In this document: positions 56,042-64,000 of the stretch, one piece after another | How positions within the stretch are numbered: the first letter of the stretch is position 1 | Layout: the number at the start of each line of letters is the position of its first letter | NCBI GenBank assembly: GCA_902790935.1 | Contig: CADATP010000002.1 | Span: 7,399-71,398 of the forward strand | Direction: 5' to 3' | DNA length: 64,000 nucleotides | Source of the DNA: an uncultured Lachnospiraceae bacterium | GTDB taxonomy: Bacteria > Bacillota > Clostridia > Lachnospirales > Lachnospiraceae | The notes under the pieces: model-generated | Told to the model about the DNA's origin: nothing | The model's database searches: none | What the model saw: only the letters and a program-made list of their open reading frames with translations | Translations under genes and position numbers: made by a program

Positions 56042-57363
56042 TAATCTTCAAAAAGCTCCCGGAGCATTTTTATGCTTTCCTCAAAGGTAAATTTCTCATC
56101 AGTTGCCTGGCAAAGGAAAGCATTGACCTCATCTATCTTGGAAATAGCGTAATCAATCTTGGGATTTGAGCCGTTTTTATAGGCACCGATATTTATAAGA
56201 TCCTCCGCCTCATTGTACGTCGCCAGGACGGTTTTAAGCTTGCCTGCGGCTGCTTTATGTTCCTTGTCCGCGATCATACTCATACATCTTGAGATGCTCT
56301 GCAAGACATCGATGGCGGGGTAATGGTTTTTATGTCCCAGCCTTCTGTCGAGCATAATATGTCCGTCAAGAATACTTCTCGCGGTATCTGTGATAGGCTC
56401 GTTAAAATCGTCTCCGTCTACGAGGACCGTGTACAGTCCCGTGATTGAGCCTTTGTCGTTTCTTCCTGCTCTTTCAAGAAGCTTAGGCATCTCCGAGTAA
56501 ACGCTCGGCGGATATCCTCTGGTAACCGGTGGTTCGCCGCTTGCAAGACCTATCTCTCTTTGGGCCATAGAAAAACGGGTTAAAGAGTCCATCATAAGAA
56601 GAACATCTTTTCCGCAGTCCCTGAAGTACTCAGCTATAGCGGTAGCCGTCATAGCGGCCTTTTTACGCTCAAGAGCGGGTCTGTCGCTTGTTGCCACAAC
56701 GACGACGCTGCGCTTCATACCTTCTTCCCCGAGGTCACGCTCTATAAACTCGCGCACCTCTCTTCCACGCTCTCCGATAAGAGCGATAACGTTGATATCC
56801 GCCTTCGTATTTCTCGCAAACATACCCATCAACGTAGATTTACCTACGCCGGAGCCCGCAAAGATTCCGATACGCTGGCCTTTTCCTAAGGTTATAAGCC
56901 CGTCAACCGCCTTTACTCCAAGAGGCAAAACCTCGTCGATGATCTCCCTTTTTAAGGGATCGGGAGCTGTGGCGTCAACCGGATAATACTCTCCTTCAAT
57001 CGGAACACCGTCTGTAGGGATTCCGAGTCCGTTTAAACTCTTTCCGAGGAGGGCATCGGATACCGCCACTCTAAGGGGATAGCCGGTATTTTCAACTATG
57101 CTTCCGAGTCCGATACCGTCTGTAGCATCATAGGGCATCAGAAGCGTCTTTTTATCCCTAAAGCCTACGACCTCCGCCATAATAGGCTTAAGCATTTCCC
57201 CATCCTCATCCTCGGGCTTTATAATACACAAATCCCCGAGTTTTGCATCGGGGCCCGCGGATTCTATGGTAAGGCCGACTACGTTTACGACCTTGCCTTT
57301 TTTAAGGAAAAAGCTCATTTCCTTGACTTTATTATATTTTTTTATATCTATTTGTGCAGCCAT
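56041..57363 (-). CDS. fliI: Flagellar export ATPase FliI
   Basis: GIFAGSGVGKS, LIGERGREVREF, MDSLTRF and GEPPVTRGYPPS motifs. Confidence 0.97.
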   Translation of the reverse strand: MAAQIDIKKYNKVKEMSFFLKKGKVVNVVGLTIESAGPDAKLGDLCIIKPEDEDGEMLKPIMAEVVGFRDKKTLLMPYDATDGIGLGSIVENTGYPLRVAVSDALLGKSLNGLGIPTDGVPIEGEYYPVDATAPDPLKREIIDEVLPLGVKAVDGLITLGKGQRIGIFAGSGVGKSTLMGMFARNTKADINVIALIGERGREVREFIERDLGEEGMKRSVVVVATSDRPALERKKAAMTATAIAEYFRDCGKDVLLMMDSLTRFSMAQREIGLASGEPPVTRGYPPSVYSEMPKLLERAGRNDKGSITGLYTVLVDGDDFNEPITDTARSILDGHIMLDRRLGHKNHYPAIDVLQSISRCMSMIADKEHKAAAGKLKTVLATYNEAEDLINIGAYKNGSNPKIDYAISKIDEVNAFLCQATDEKFTFEESIKMLRELFED

Positions 57364-57376
57364 CTATTCTTAAAGT

Positions 57377-58294
57377 CTAATATGATTTTTTCTCGTAAGA
57401 GAGCACTTTAAGCTTGTTTGAAAGCTCTGTAAGTTCAGTATCCAGACCGCAGTCAAAGATCCCACCGTCAGTCTCGATAAAGCACTGGTTCTTTGAAAGA
57501 GATATATCCTCTATCACCTCGACGATGCTGTCCGGGTGAGTAGCCGCTGCTTCAAGTGTTTTCTTTTGCATCGTAACGTAAGCCGCGTCTTCCGCGGATA
57601 CATGTACGAAAAAGCTCTTTGTCCCTTCGATTTTGCGCATCGCGCTCTCTATTAAGTGAAGGAGTATTCCTCTTTCACCGGACAGGTCAATATTAAAAAT
57701 ATATTCGTAGATATCTGTGATGGTATCAACAAGCTCGGTCTCTATGGATTCAAAGCTCTCCGCGTACTGCGCCTCGAGCTGTTTTTTCCTCTCTGCCAGC
57801 TGCGCCTTTTTTTCTTCGTATTCGGCTCTTGCTCTCTCCGACCCTTCATTATAGCCGCGCTCATTCGCCTCGGCATATATGCCGTCGGCGTCCGCCTCAG
57901 CCCTTGCCTTGGCGTTTTCTATGATCTCACTCGCCTCTAAATTGGCCTTTTCGATGATCATAGCGGCTTCTTTATTGGCTTTATCTATAAAAGCGGATGG
58001 GCCTATATTTGAGCCGCCAGCTTCACCAGACGCGCTTACCTCACCGTCCAAATCCGCATCTTCGCCCATTTCCGCAAAAAGGCCTTCCACACCTTCGCCC
58101 TCTGTGCCTTCTACGGGCTCGCCGTTTTCGTCAACAACCTCGGCGTTAAGTCCGGCTACAAATCTTTCCTGGGCTTTTCTTTGCTCTTCCTGGCGCATCT
58201 TTTCGAGCTTGGCTTCCATAAGCGCATTCATATCGATAACGCGCTTATCTTTATTGCTGATATTCACATAAGATGTTTTCAAAAGATTAGGCAA
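57377..58294 (-). CDS. fliH: Flagellar assembly protein FliH
   Basis: A...GY.EG repeat and C-terminal C.IETDGG.FD; between fliG and fliI; TTG start. Confidence 0.88.
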   Translation of the reverse strand: MPNLLKTSYVNISNKDKRVIDMNALMEAKLEKMRQEEQRKAQERFVAGLNAEVVDENGEPVEGTEGEGVEGLFAEMGEDADLDGEVSASGEAGGSNIGPSAFIDKANKEAAMIIEKANLEASEIIENAKARAEADADGIYAEANERGYNEGSERARAEYEEKKAQLAERKKQLEAQYAESFESIETELVDTITDIYEYIFNIDLSGERGILLHLIESAMRKIEGTKSFFVHVSAEDAAYVTMQKKTLEAAATHPDSIVEVIEDISLSKNQCFIETDGGIFDCGLDTELTELSNKLKVLSYEKKSY

Positions 58295-59306
58295 TTATCT
58301 CGTCGCCTCCGCCTCTGGAAATAATGATCTCGCCGGCATCCTCCAGCTTACGTATGATGTTAACGATCTTTTGCTGCGCTTCCTCAACATCCTTCATACG
58401 GACAGGGCCCATGAACTCCATATCCTCTCGGATCATGGTAGCAAGACGCTTTGAAAGGTTGTTGAATATTGCGTTCTGAACCTGCTCGTTAGCACCCTTA
58501 AGAGCGATTCCGAGGTCATTGTTATCAACGTCTCTAAGCACACGCTGTATGGACTTGTCGTCGAGAAGGAGGATATCCTCGAATACGAACATCTTCTTTC
58601 TGATCTCGTCGGCAAGCTCGGGCTCTTCAATCTCGAGAGATTCCATAATATGTTTCTCGGTACCACGGTCAACAGAGTTGAGGATTTCAACAACTGAGTC
58701 GACACCACCGATAATGGTGTAATCCTGGTTGACGAGGGAAGCAAGCTTTGACTCCAGCACTTTCTCCACCTCCTTGATGATATCGGGGCTTGTTCTGTCC
58801 ATAACAGCGATACGCTTTGCAACGTCCGCCTGTCTGTCGGGAGCAAGAGCCGCGATGATCTGTCCTGCCTGCTGAGGGGACAGATATGAAAGGATAAGGG
58901 CGATGGTCTGAGGGTGCTCATCCTGAATAAAGTTGATGAGCTGTGATGCATCGGTCTTACGCACAAACTCGAAGGGCTTAACCTGCAAGGATGCGGTAAG
59001 TCGTCCGATAACCTCCATAGCCTTGTCGTTTCCGAGAGCGTTCTCCAAAAGCTCCTTGGCGTATGTGATACCGCCTTCCGCGATATACTGCTGTGCAAGG
59101 CAGACCTCATAGAACTCGTTTATAACGTCCTCTTTTACCTGAGGAGTAACGCTTCTTGTGTTGGCGATCTCAAGAGTAAGCTCTTCTATTTCCTCTTCCT
59201 TGAGATGTTTGAATATTCCCGCAGAACGCTCAGGTCCTAAAACGATGAGCAGTATTGCGGCCTTTTGTAATCCTGAAATTGATGATTCAGAAGAACCTCT
59301 TGCCAT
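58287..59306 (-). CDS. fliG: Flagellar switch protein FliG
   Basis: QKAAILL, EHPQTIALILS, MFVFEDI and GPVR..DVEEAQ motifs. Confidence 0.97.
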   Translation of the reverse strand: MARGSSESSISGLQKAAILLIVLGPERSAGIFKHLKEEEIEELTLEIANTRSVTPQVKEDVINEFYEVCLAQQYIAEGGITYAKELLENALGNDKAMEVIGRLTASLQVKPFEFVRKTDASQLINFIQDEHPQTIALILSYLSPQQAGQIIAALAPDRQADVAKRIAVMDRTSPDIIKEVEKVLESKLASLVNQDYTIIGGVDSVVEILNSVDRGTEKHIMESLEIEEPELADEIRKKMFVFEDILLLDDKSIQRVLRDVDNNDLGIALKGANEQVQNAIFNNLSKRLATMIREDMEFMGPVRMKDVEEAQQKIVNIIRKLEDAGEIIISRGGGDEIIA

Positions 59307-59318
59307 AATATCTCCTTT

Positions 59319-60914
59319 TTACCATTCGTCGGTAAGCCAGTTTCTAAGCAGTATAGCAGCAGCTTCGGGATTCTCGTCCACGAATTTCTCCACCATTTTT
59401 CTGGTTTCGGATTTTGTCTCCACATCGATATCCTCGATAGTAGATTCAGGCGTAGATTGCAAAATAGTCTCCACGGAAAGCTCCTCCTCCTGAGGCTCCT
59501 CCTTCTTGACTGCCATGCTCCTCAAAACTACAACTACGAGAAGGATAAGGATGAGTAAAAACAGCGCTACGGAAAGAACCGTAGTCCAGCTTACGTTAAG
59601 ACTTTCCTTGTCGTAGAAAAGAGGGGACTCGTACGCGACAATAGTAATATTTTCAACCGGAACTCCGGTTGCGTTCGATACCATACGGTAGAACTCTTCG
59701 TCAACCTCAAGCTTTGTGTCCGAAGAATTTGCAAGCTTGTACTCATCCCAGCTGATACCGTCCAAAAGTCCCATAGTCTTGGCATCCTTTTCGTAAAGCT
59801 CTCTGAAAGAGATAGCCGCGATGGAAAGGGATGACTTTCCGTAATCAATGGAGCCCGCGGGGATCACAGCGTATCTTGAATGTTCATTGGGAAGATAATC
59901 GCTTATAGTCTCAGCAGTTGAGGACTCGCTGTTTTCAGCATCCTGGTATACATAGGTCTGTCCCTCACCGTTTGAATCGGTTCCGGGTACTCCCCCTACT
60001 CCGTTTGTAGACTCGGACTCGTAATTTTCCTGATGGGATAAGTAACCTTCGGTTCTGTCGCCTGTAACGGAATACTCTTTAACGGTATCCTCGTAGTTGG
60101 CGTAGTCCATATCAAGGTGGCTTGTAACCTCGATATTGTTGTACTGGTTTGTACCGTAAAGAACCTTTTTAACCTGATTTGAAATATAGGATTCGGCGGT
60201 ATTTTGAAGCTCCTGCATGGAGTTTGCGATACCTGCCGTGGTATAGTCGTCTCCTCCTACAAAGAGCATATTTCCGTCATCATCAAGGATAGTGATATTT
60301 GAAGTAGTCTGGCTTCCGAGGCAGGTGGCAACCGCTTTTGCGATTCCCTGGGCTGAGCCCGCATTAAAAGTCACGCCTGTCTCAAGCTGGATCCAGGCGG
60401 AAGACTCCTGCTGCTCGGATAAAAGGGTTCCCACATCATTGGGAACGTGTATCTTAACCTTAACTCCCTTAACACCCTCGATGGTCTTAATCATATTGAC
60501 GATTCCGGTCTCGTCGTACTTCTGATAGCTCCTTTGTCTGTCGAGAGTAGTTGTTGAAAGGGAGGAGCTTTGCGCGTCCGAAAGAGAAAAGCTGTCCGGC
60601 ACATATCCCGAGGAAGCAAGAGCAAGCTCTGCGGAGGCAAGGTCTTCTGTCTTAACGCTTATAACAAGGGCGTTTGAAGATATGCGGTACTCGATTCCGG
60701 CATCTTCAAGGATCGTTGTTACTTCGTTGGATTCCTTGGTAGTCTCAGATACGCGAATGGTTGTAAACTTGGGGCGGGTCACCACCGTAAGGATCACGAT
60801 AAATGTGATAATGGCAACAATGGTAAGGAAGATGATTATCATCTTTTGCCTTGTGGTAAATTTAAGCCACCATTCCTTTATTCTGTTAAAGATATTCCGT
60901 AACCATTCAGGCAT
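59319..60914 (-). CDS. fliF: Flagellar MS-ring protein FliF
   Basis: Two TM helices, ring-building region, C-terminal FVDENPEAAAILLRNWL; between fliE and fliG. Confidence 0.92.
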   Translation of the reverse strand: MPEWLRNIFNRIKEWWLKFTTRQKMIIIFLTIVAIITFIVILTVVTRPKFTTIRVSETTKESNEVTTILEDAGIEYRISSNALVISVKTEDLASAELALASSGYVPDSFSLSDAQSSSLSTTTLDRQRSYQKYDETGIVNMIKTIEGVKGVKVKIHVPNDVGTLLSEQQESSAWIQLETGVTFNAGSAQGIAKAVATCLGSQTTSNITILDDDGNMLFVGGDDYTTAGIANSMQELQNTAESYISNQVKKVLYGTNQYNNIEVTSHLDMDYANYEDTVKEYSVTGDRTEGYLSHQENYESESTNGVGGVPGTDSNGEGQTYVYQDAENSESSTAETISDYLPNEHSRYAVIPAGSIDYGKSSLSIAAISFRELYEKDAKTMGLLDGISWDEYKLANSSDTKLEVDEEFYRMVSNATGVPVENITIVAYESPLFYDKESLNVSWTTVLSVALFLLILILLVVVVLRSMAVKKEEPQEEELSVETILQSTPESTIEDIDVETKSETRKMVEKFVDENPEAAAILLRNWLTDEW

Positions 60915-60962
60915 TGGAATGTGCCTCCTTTATTGGGGATTCTTTATTTAGAGCATAAAAGA

Positions 60963-61298
60963 TCAAATCTGGATCTGCATAAGTTCCTTGTAAGCATCAA
61001 GGACTCTGTCTCTTATGGCAACAGTATACTGAAGGGCTGTTGATGCCTTTTCGAGAGCAATGGTAAGATCGTGTGTCGAATCACTCTCCCCGAGAGCAAA
61101 TAGGATTTCCTGGTTCTCGGCATCGGACAGATAGCTGTTTGTCCTTGTAATATTGTTTATGGCACTGTTCAAAGCAGCCTCAAACATAGTTCCGTCGGTC
61201 TTTACTCCGGAACTGTCCATTCCAAGGCCTTTTACATTTGTCAGCTTTTTGACATCATTTGTTGCGCCTGTCATAGCGCGTACCATAGCTGCGTTCAT
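60963..61298 (-). CDS. fliE: Hook-basal body protein FliE
   Basis: HDL.IA.EKA..ALQ..VAIRD.V.DAYKELMQIQI. Confidence 0.94.
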   Translation of the reverse strand: MNAAMVRAMTGATNDVKKLTNVKGLGMDSSGVKTDGTMFEAALNSAINNITRTNSYLSDAENQEILFALGESDSTHDLTIALEKASTALQYTVAIRDRVLDAYKELMQIQI

Positions 61299-61363
61299 AC
61301 TCTACCTCTGAATATTAAAAGTTAAAGCTTATCATCATGTTTCACGGCTTATCAAAATACCTG

Positions 61364-61813
61364 CTACTGTCCCAGTTCAAGTCCTCTCTGGGCCATGGAC
61401 TTGCTGGCATTAAAAGCGGTGGCGTTAGCCTCGTATGAGCGGCTGGCGTCAATAAGGTTTGTCATCTCTGTAATAATATTTACATTGGGGTAGGTAACGT
61501 ATCCGTTCTCATCCGCATCAGGGTTTGAAGGGTCGTAAACCATATTCATCTCGGTGACATTGTCTTCGAAAACCTTTGCCACCTTAACACCCTTTCCTGC
61601 ATAATTCTTGGAAACATTTCCGAGAACATGGCTGAAGGAGTCGCTGTTTCTGACGCCCTTTTCCTCGAAGACTACGACTTTTCTCCTGTAAGGATCTCCG
61701 TCCTCGGTGCGGGTGGTGTTGGCGTTTGCAACGTTCTCGGCGATAATATCCATACGGTATCTCTGAGCCGTAAGTCCCGATGCACTTGTATCAAAAGAAG
61801 TAAATAAACTCAT
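61364..61813 (-). CDS. flgC: Basal body rod protein FlgC
   Basis: SGLTAQRYRMDIIAENVANANTTRT, PYRRK and YDPSNPDAD..GYV.YPNV motifs. Confidence 0.97.
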   Translation of the reverse strand: MSLFTSFDTSASGLTAQRYRMDIIAENVANANTTRTEDGDPYRRKVVVFEEKGVRNSDSFSHVLGNVSKNYAGKGVKVAKVFEDNVTEMNMVYDPSNPDADENGYVTYPNVNIITEMTNLIDASRSYEANATAFNASKSMAQRGLELGQ

Positions 61814-61841
61814 ATCTATGCCCTCTTATCTTTCCGAAAAA

Positions 61842-62234
61842 CTACTTTCTCATAACGGCCTGAAGGTTTTGGAACTCCTGCGTAATGCTCTTAATAAGTC
61901 CCTGATATTTAAGCTGGTTTTGAGCCAGATATACGTTTTCATTCTCAATATCAACGTTGTTTCCGTCGAGTCTGTAAGAGAAATTGGCAGCGTCGGTGTA
62001 TGTTCCGACTCTTAAGTGGGAAAGATTTACTCTTGAAACCTTTGTATCCGTGTCCACAAGTACATTGTTTCCCAGCTCTCTCGCAAGGACGCTCTCAAAA
62101 TCCACGTCCTGGCGCTTGTAATTAGGGGTATCCACATTGGCTATATTGTTGGCTATGGCTTCGTTCCTAAGCCAAGAGGCATCGGCGGCCTTCTCTAAAA
62201 CATTAATGTAATCAAATGCGTTTGTTCCGATCAT
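61842..62234 (-). CDS. flgB: Basal body rod protein FlgB
   Basis: RNEAIANNIANVDTPNYKRQDV.F and RLDGNNVDIE motifs; start MIGTN after AAAGG. Confidence 0.96.
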   Translation of the reverse strand: MIGTNAFDYINVLEKAADASWLRNEAIANNIANVDTPNYKRQDVDFESVLARELGNNVLVDTDTKVSRVNLSHLRVGTYTDAANFSYRLDGNNVDIENENVYLAQNQLKYQGLIKSITQEFQNLQAVMRK

Positions 62235-62306
62235 AATTACCTTTCCGAGCACAAAATAAGCTCTGTTTGCGCGCACTACCCCCAATATATGTGATATACA
62301 GATATC

Positions 62307-62335
62307 ATATTACCACAACAAGGTCCCATTTTCAA
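62307..62335 (-). promoter_or_regulatory. Candidate sigma-A promoter of the fla/che operon
   Basis: Minus strand TTGAAA-N17-TAATAT with an extended -10 TG. Confidence 0.65.
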
Positions 62336-62351
62336 TATTGGGGAAAAACCT

Positions 62352-62404
62352 AAAAAGGTTTCCACATAATGCACAAAATCCATTCGTGCTTAAGGGAAAC
62401 CTTT
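62352..62404 (-). terminator. Hairpin/terminator after codY
   Basis: AAAGGTTTCC/GGAAACCTTT outer stem with inner GCAC/GTGC, followed by T residues on the minus strand. Confidence 0.6.
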
Positions 62405-62434
62405 AAATCCTTTTCGTATAAAATTAACTAAAAA

Positions 62435-63217
62435 CTAATTCATCGTCCTTCGAAGCTGCTCGATCTCATCGAAAACAACATCATTAACGACCTTTATGTA
62501 TGTGCCCTTCATTCCCGAGGATCTCGATTCGATAACCCCGGCGCTCTCAAATTTCCTCAGAGCGTTTACGATAACAGATCTTGTAATACCAACCTTGTCG
62601 GCTATCTTGCTGGCAACAAGGACTCCTTCTGTGCCGCCGAGCTCGTCGAAGATATGGATGATGGCCTCAACCTCAGAGTAGGAAAGAGTACTGATGGCGG
62701 ATTTGACAACGGCGATCTTTCTGGTCTCCTCGGCGTTTTCCTCGTTGACAGATCTAAGCATCTCCAGTCCCACAACGGTAGTTCCGTACTCGCAAAGGAT
62801 TATATCGTCGATATCATACTGCTTTCCGTTCTTGTAGATAAAGAGAGTACCAAGCCTCTCTCCCGCTATCTCGATGGGTGTGATGATTGCCTGGAACTTG
62901 GCGGTATCGGTCTTTTCAAATCCAAGGGTTGCGAGATTAACGTTTTCCTTTGTGGAGAGGATCCCGAGGAATCTCTCGTTAAGCATAGGATCGATAAACT
63001 CTCCGACCTTACTCGAAACCAGCTCATCTATAACCTCAATACCATCGTAAAAGCCTACGCCGAGTACTTTTCCTTTTCGGCTTATAACAAGTATATCGGA
63101 TGCAAGTATCTCTTTCATAACATCGCAGATATCATTAAAAACGACTTTACTGGTATTGTTGTTATGCAGCAGCTTGCCGATCTTTCTAGTCTTGTCCAAT
63201 AATGATACACTACCCAT
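62435..63217 (-). CDS. codY: GTP/BCAA-sensing repressor CodY
   Basis: LLDKTRKI, GERLGTL, TLSYSE and ASKIADKVGITRSVIVNALRKFESAGVIESRS.GMKGT motifs; start MGSV after GGAGGG. Confidence 0.97.
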   Translation of the reverse strand: MGSVSLLDKTRKIGKLLHNNNTSKVVFNDICDVMKEILASDILVISRKGKVLGVGFYDGIEVIDELVSSKVGEFIDPMLNERFLGILSTKENVNLATLGFEKTDTAKFQAIITPIEIAGERLGTLFIYKNGKQYDIDDIILCEYGTTVVGLEMLRSVNEENAEETRKIAVVKSAISTLSYSEVEAIIHIFDELGGTEGVLVASKIADKVGITRSVIVNALRKFESAGVIESRSSGMKGTYIKVVNDVVFDEIEQLRRTMN

Positions 63218-63265
63218 TCGTACCCTCCGGCCATAAAAATGGCGTAAAATCTCCAAGTTGTGTAC

Positions 63266-63294
63266 AGTATATCATGTTTTATGGCTCATTTCAA
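63266..63294 (-). promoter_or_regulatory. Sigma-A promoter of codY
   Basis: Minus strand TTGAAA-N17-TATACT with an extended TG. Confidence 0.8.
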
Positions 63295-63297
63295 TTA

Positions 63298-63312
63298 AAT
63301 TATCAGAAAATT
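63298..63312. promoter_or_regulatory. CodY box adjacent to the codY -35 element
   Basis: AATTATCAGAAAATT, 14/15 match to AATTTTCWGAAAATT. Confidence 0.75.
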
Positions 63313-63372
63313 CTACATCAATTCTCTAATTATTATTCAAATTCAAAGCTTCTAAACAAAGATTCAAAATGT

Positions 63373-64000
63373 TTATGCTTTATAGCCACATTCCTTGTTG
63401 CTGCAAAGATTATGCTTGCCCTTCGCCACCATAAAGCTTCCGCACTTAGGGCATTTCTCGGCTACAGGCTTATCCCAGGAGATGAAGTCGCAATCGGGAT
63501 ATCCGATACATCCGTAGTATCTGCGGCCCTTCTTTGACATTCTCATTACGATATCCTTGCCGCATTTAGGACAGGGAACACCGATCTTTTCGTAGAAAGG
63601 CTTTGTAAAACGGCAATCGGGAAAGCCGGGGCATGCAAGGAACTTTCCGTGGGGACCGTACTTGATGACCATACGTTTTCCGCACTCCTCGCAGATCTCG
63701 TCGGAGAGCTCATCGGCTATCTTGACCTTCTCAAGCTTTTTCTCGGCTGCTTTAACGGCCTCGTCGAGATCGGGATAGAAATTCTTCACGATGGTCTTCC
63801 ACTTTACATCTCCGCTTTCAACTCCGTCGAGAAGGGTCTCAAGATTAGCGGTAAAGCTCTCGTCCACGATGGTGGGAAAAGCCTCTACCATAATGTCATT
63901 TACGGCATTTCCGAGCTCCGTTGCAAAAAGCGCCTTTCCTTCCTTTGCGACGTAACGCCTTGAGATGATGGTTGTAATTGTAGGAGCGTAGGTACTGGGA
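63373..64000 (-). CDS. topA: DNA topoisomerase I, C-terminal part (5' end outside the window)
   Basis: PSTYAPTI.TI..R.YV, TELG and FTA.LE motifs, then three C4 zinc ribbons; adjacent to codY. Confidence 0.95.
   Translation of the reverse strand, partial: PSTYAPTITTIISRRYVAKEGKALFATELGNAVNDIMVEAFPTIVDESFTANLETLLDGVESGDVKWKTIVKNFYPDLDEAVKAAEKKLEKVKIADELSDEICEECGKRMVIKYGPHGKFLACPGFPDCRFTKPFYEKIGVPCPKCGKDIVMRMSKKGRRYYGCIGYPDCDFISWDKPVAEKCPKCGSFMVAKGKHNLCSNKECGYKA

Noticed and set aside
30195-62234. Absence of flagellin, flgK/L, fliD/S, flgM, flgG and csrA/fliW as evidence of a degenerate flagellar system
   Set aside because: These genes normally lie in separate loci in Firmicutes, and all genes present have intact frames.
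62235-62434. c-di-GMP riboswitch upstream of flgB, as in C. difficile
   Set aside because: Only an isolated GCAAAC is present; I find no GNRA-capped P2, receptor stem or class II pseudoknot, and the leader is short.
5786-63256. Longest-ORF start codons for rnfG, rnfD, yprB-like, cheR, phosphoesterase, rpsU, fapA, cheY, fliL, flgE, TIGR02530-like, flgB and codY
   Set aside because: The extensions overlap upstream genes or promoters. Downstream starts have SD sequences and match family N-termini.
53-63963. Many plus-strand and alternate-frame ORFs in the track (e.g. 16157-16747, 19890-20435, 39774-40343, 49083-49628, 55214-55759, 58433-59110)
   Set aside because: They lie wholly within well-supported genes, show no motifs I recognise, and have the Ser/Ile/Pro-rich composition typical of antisense shadow frames.
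1-64000. Prophage, IS, integrative element, defence system or stop-codon recoding
   Set aside because: No integrase, transposase, phage or Cas-like ORFs; composition looks uniform; conserved genes are full length under the standard code.

Overview
Core chromosomal segment of a motile, low-GC Gram-positive anaerobe. Gene content and order look like Clostridia, probably Lachnospiraceae or a Butyrivibrio-like organism (inference). All genes but one lie on the minus strand. Read in the direction of transcription (right to left): 3' end of topA; codY; a ~36-kb fla/che cluster (flgBC fliEFGHIJ, ylxF/motE-like, fliK flgD, TIGR02530-like, flgE flbD motAB fliLMY cheY fliOPQR flhBAFG, PilZ brake, cheBAWCD, fliA/sigD, fapA-like, swrB-like); rpsU; a metallophosphoesterase; scpAB; a five-gene biotin-dependent Na+-decarboxylase/transcarboxylase-like operon; an orphan hybrid histidine kinase; TetR and RpiR regulators; an HI0933 flavoprotein; cmk-ispH-rpsA; cheR; a YprB-like nuclease (plus strand); rnfCDGEAB; a GH25 protein; and a truncated MCP. 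I saw no tRNA, rRNA, CRISPR array, transposase or integrase. The most unusual signals are: (1) a ~255-bp rod-like imperfect hairpin with repeated GGA/GGA internal loops inside the decarboxylase operon; (2) a structured, RBS-sequestering flgE leader directly behind the uncharacterised TIGR02530-like gene, which has its own sigma-28-like promoter and a GGA-loop hairpin; (3) an in-frame 17-nt homopolymer in cheA; (4) a GH25 protein lacking its catalytic Glu, coupled to rnfB; (5) a possible Na+ circuit formed by Rnf, the decarboxylase and a Na+-type stator. All calls come from motif recognition and manual base-pairing; no database searches or folding programs were run.
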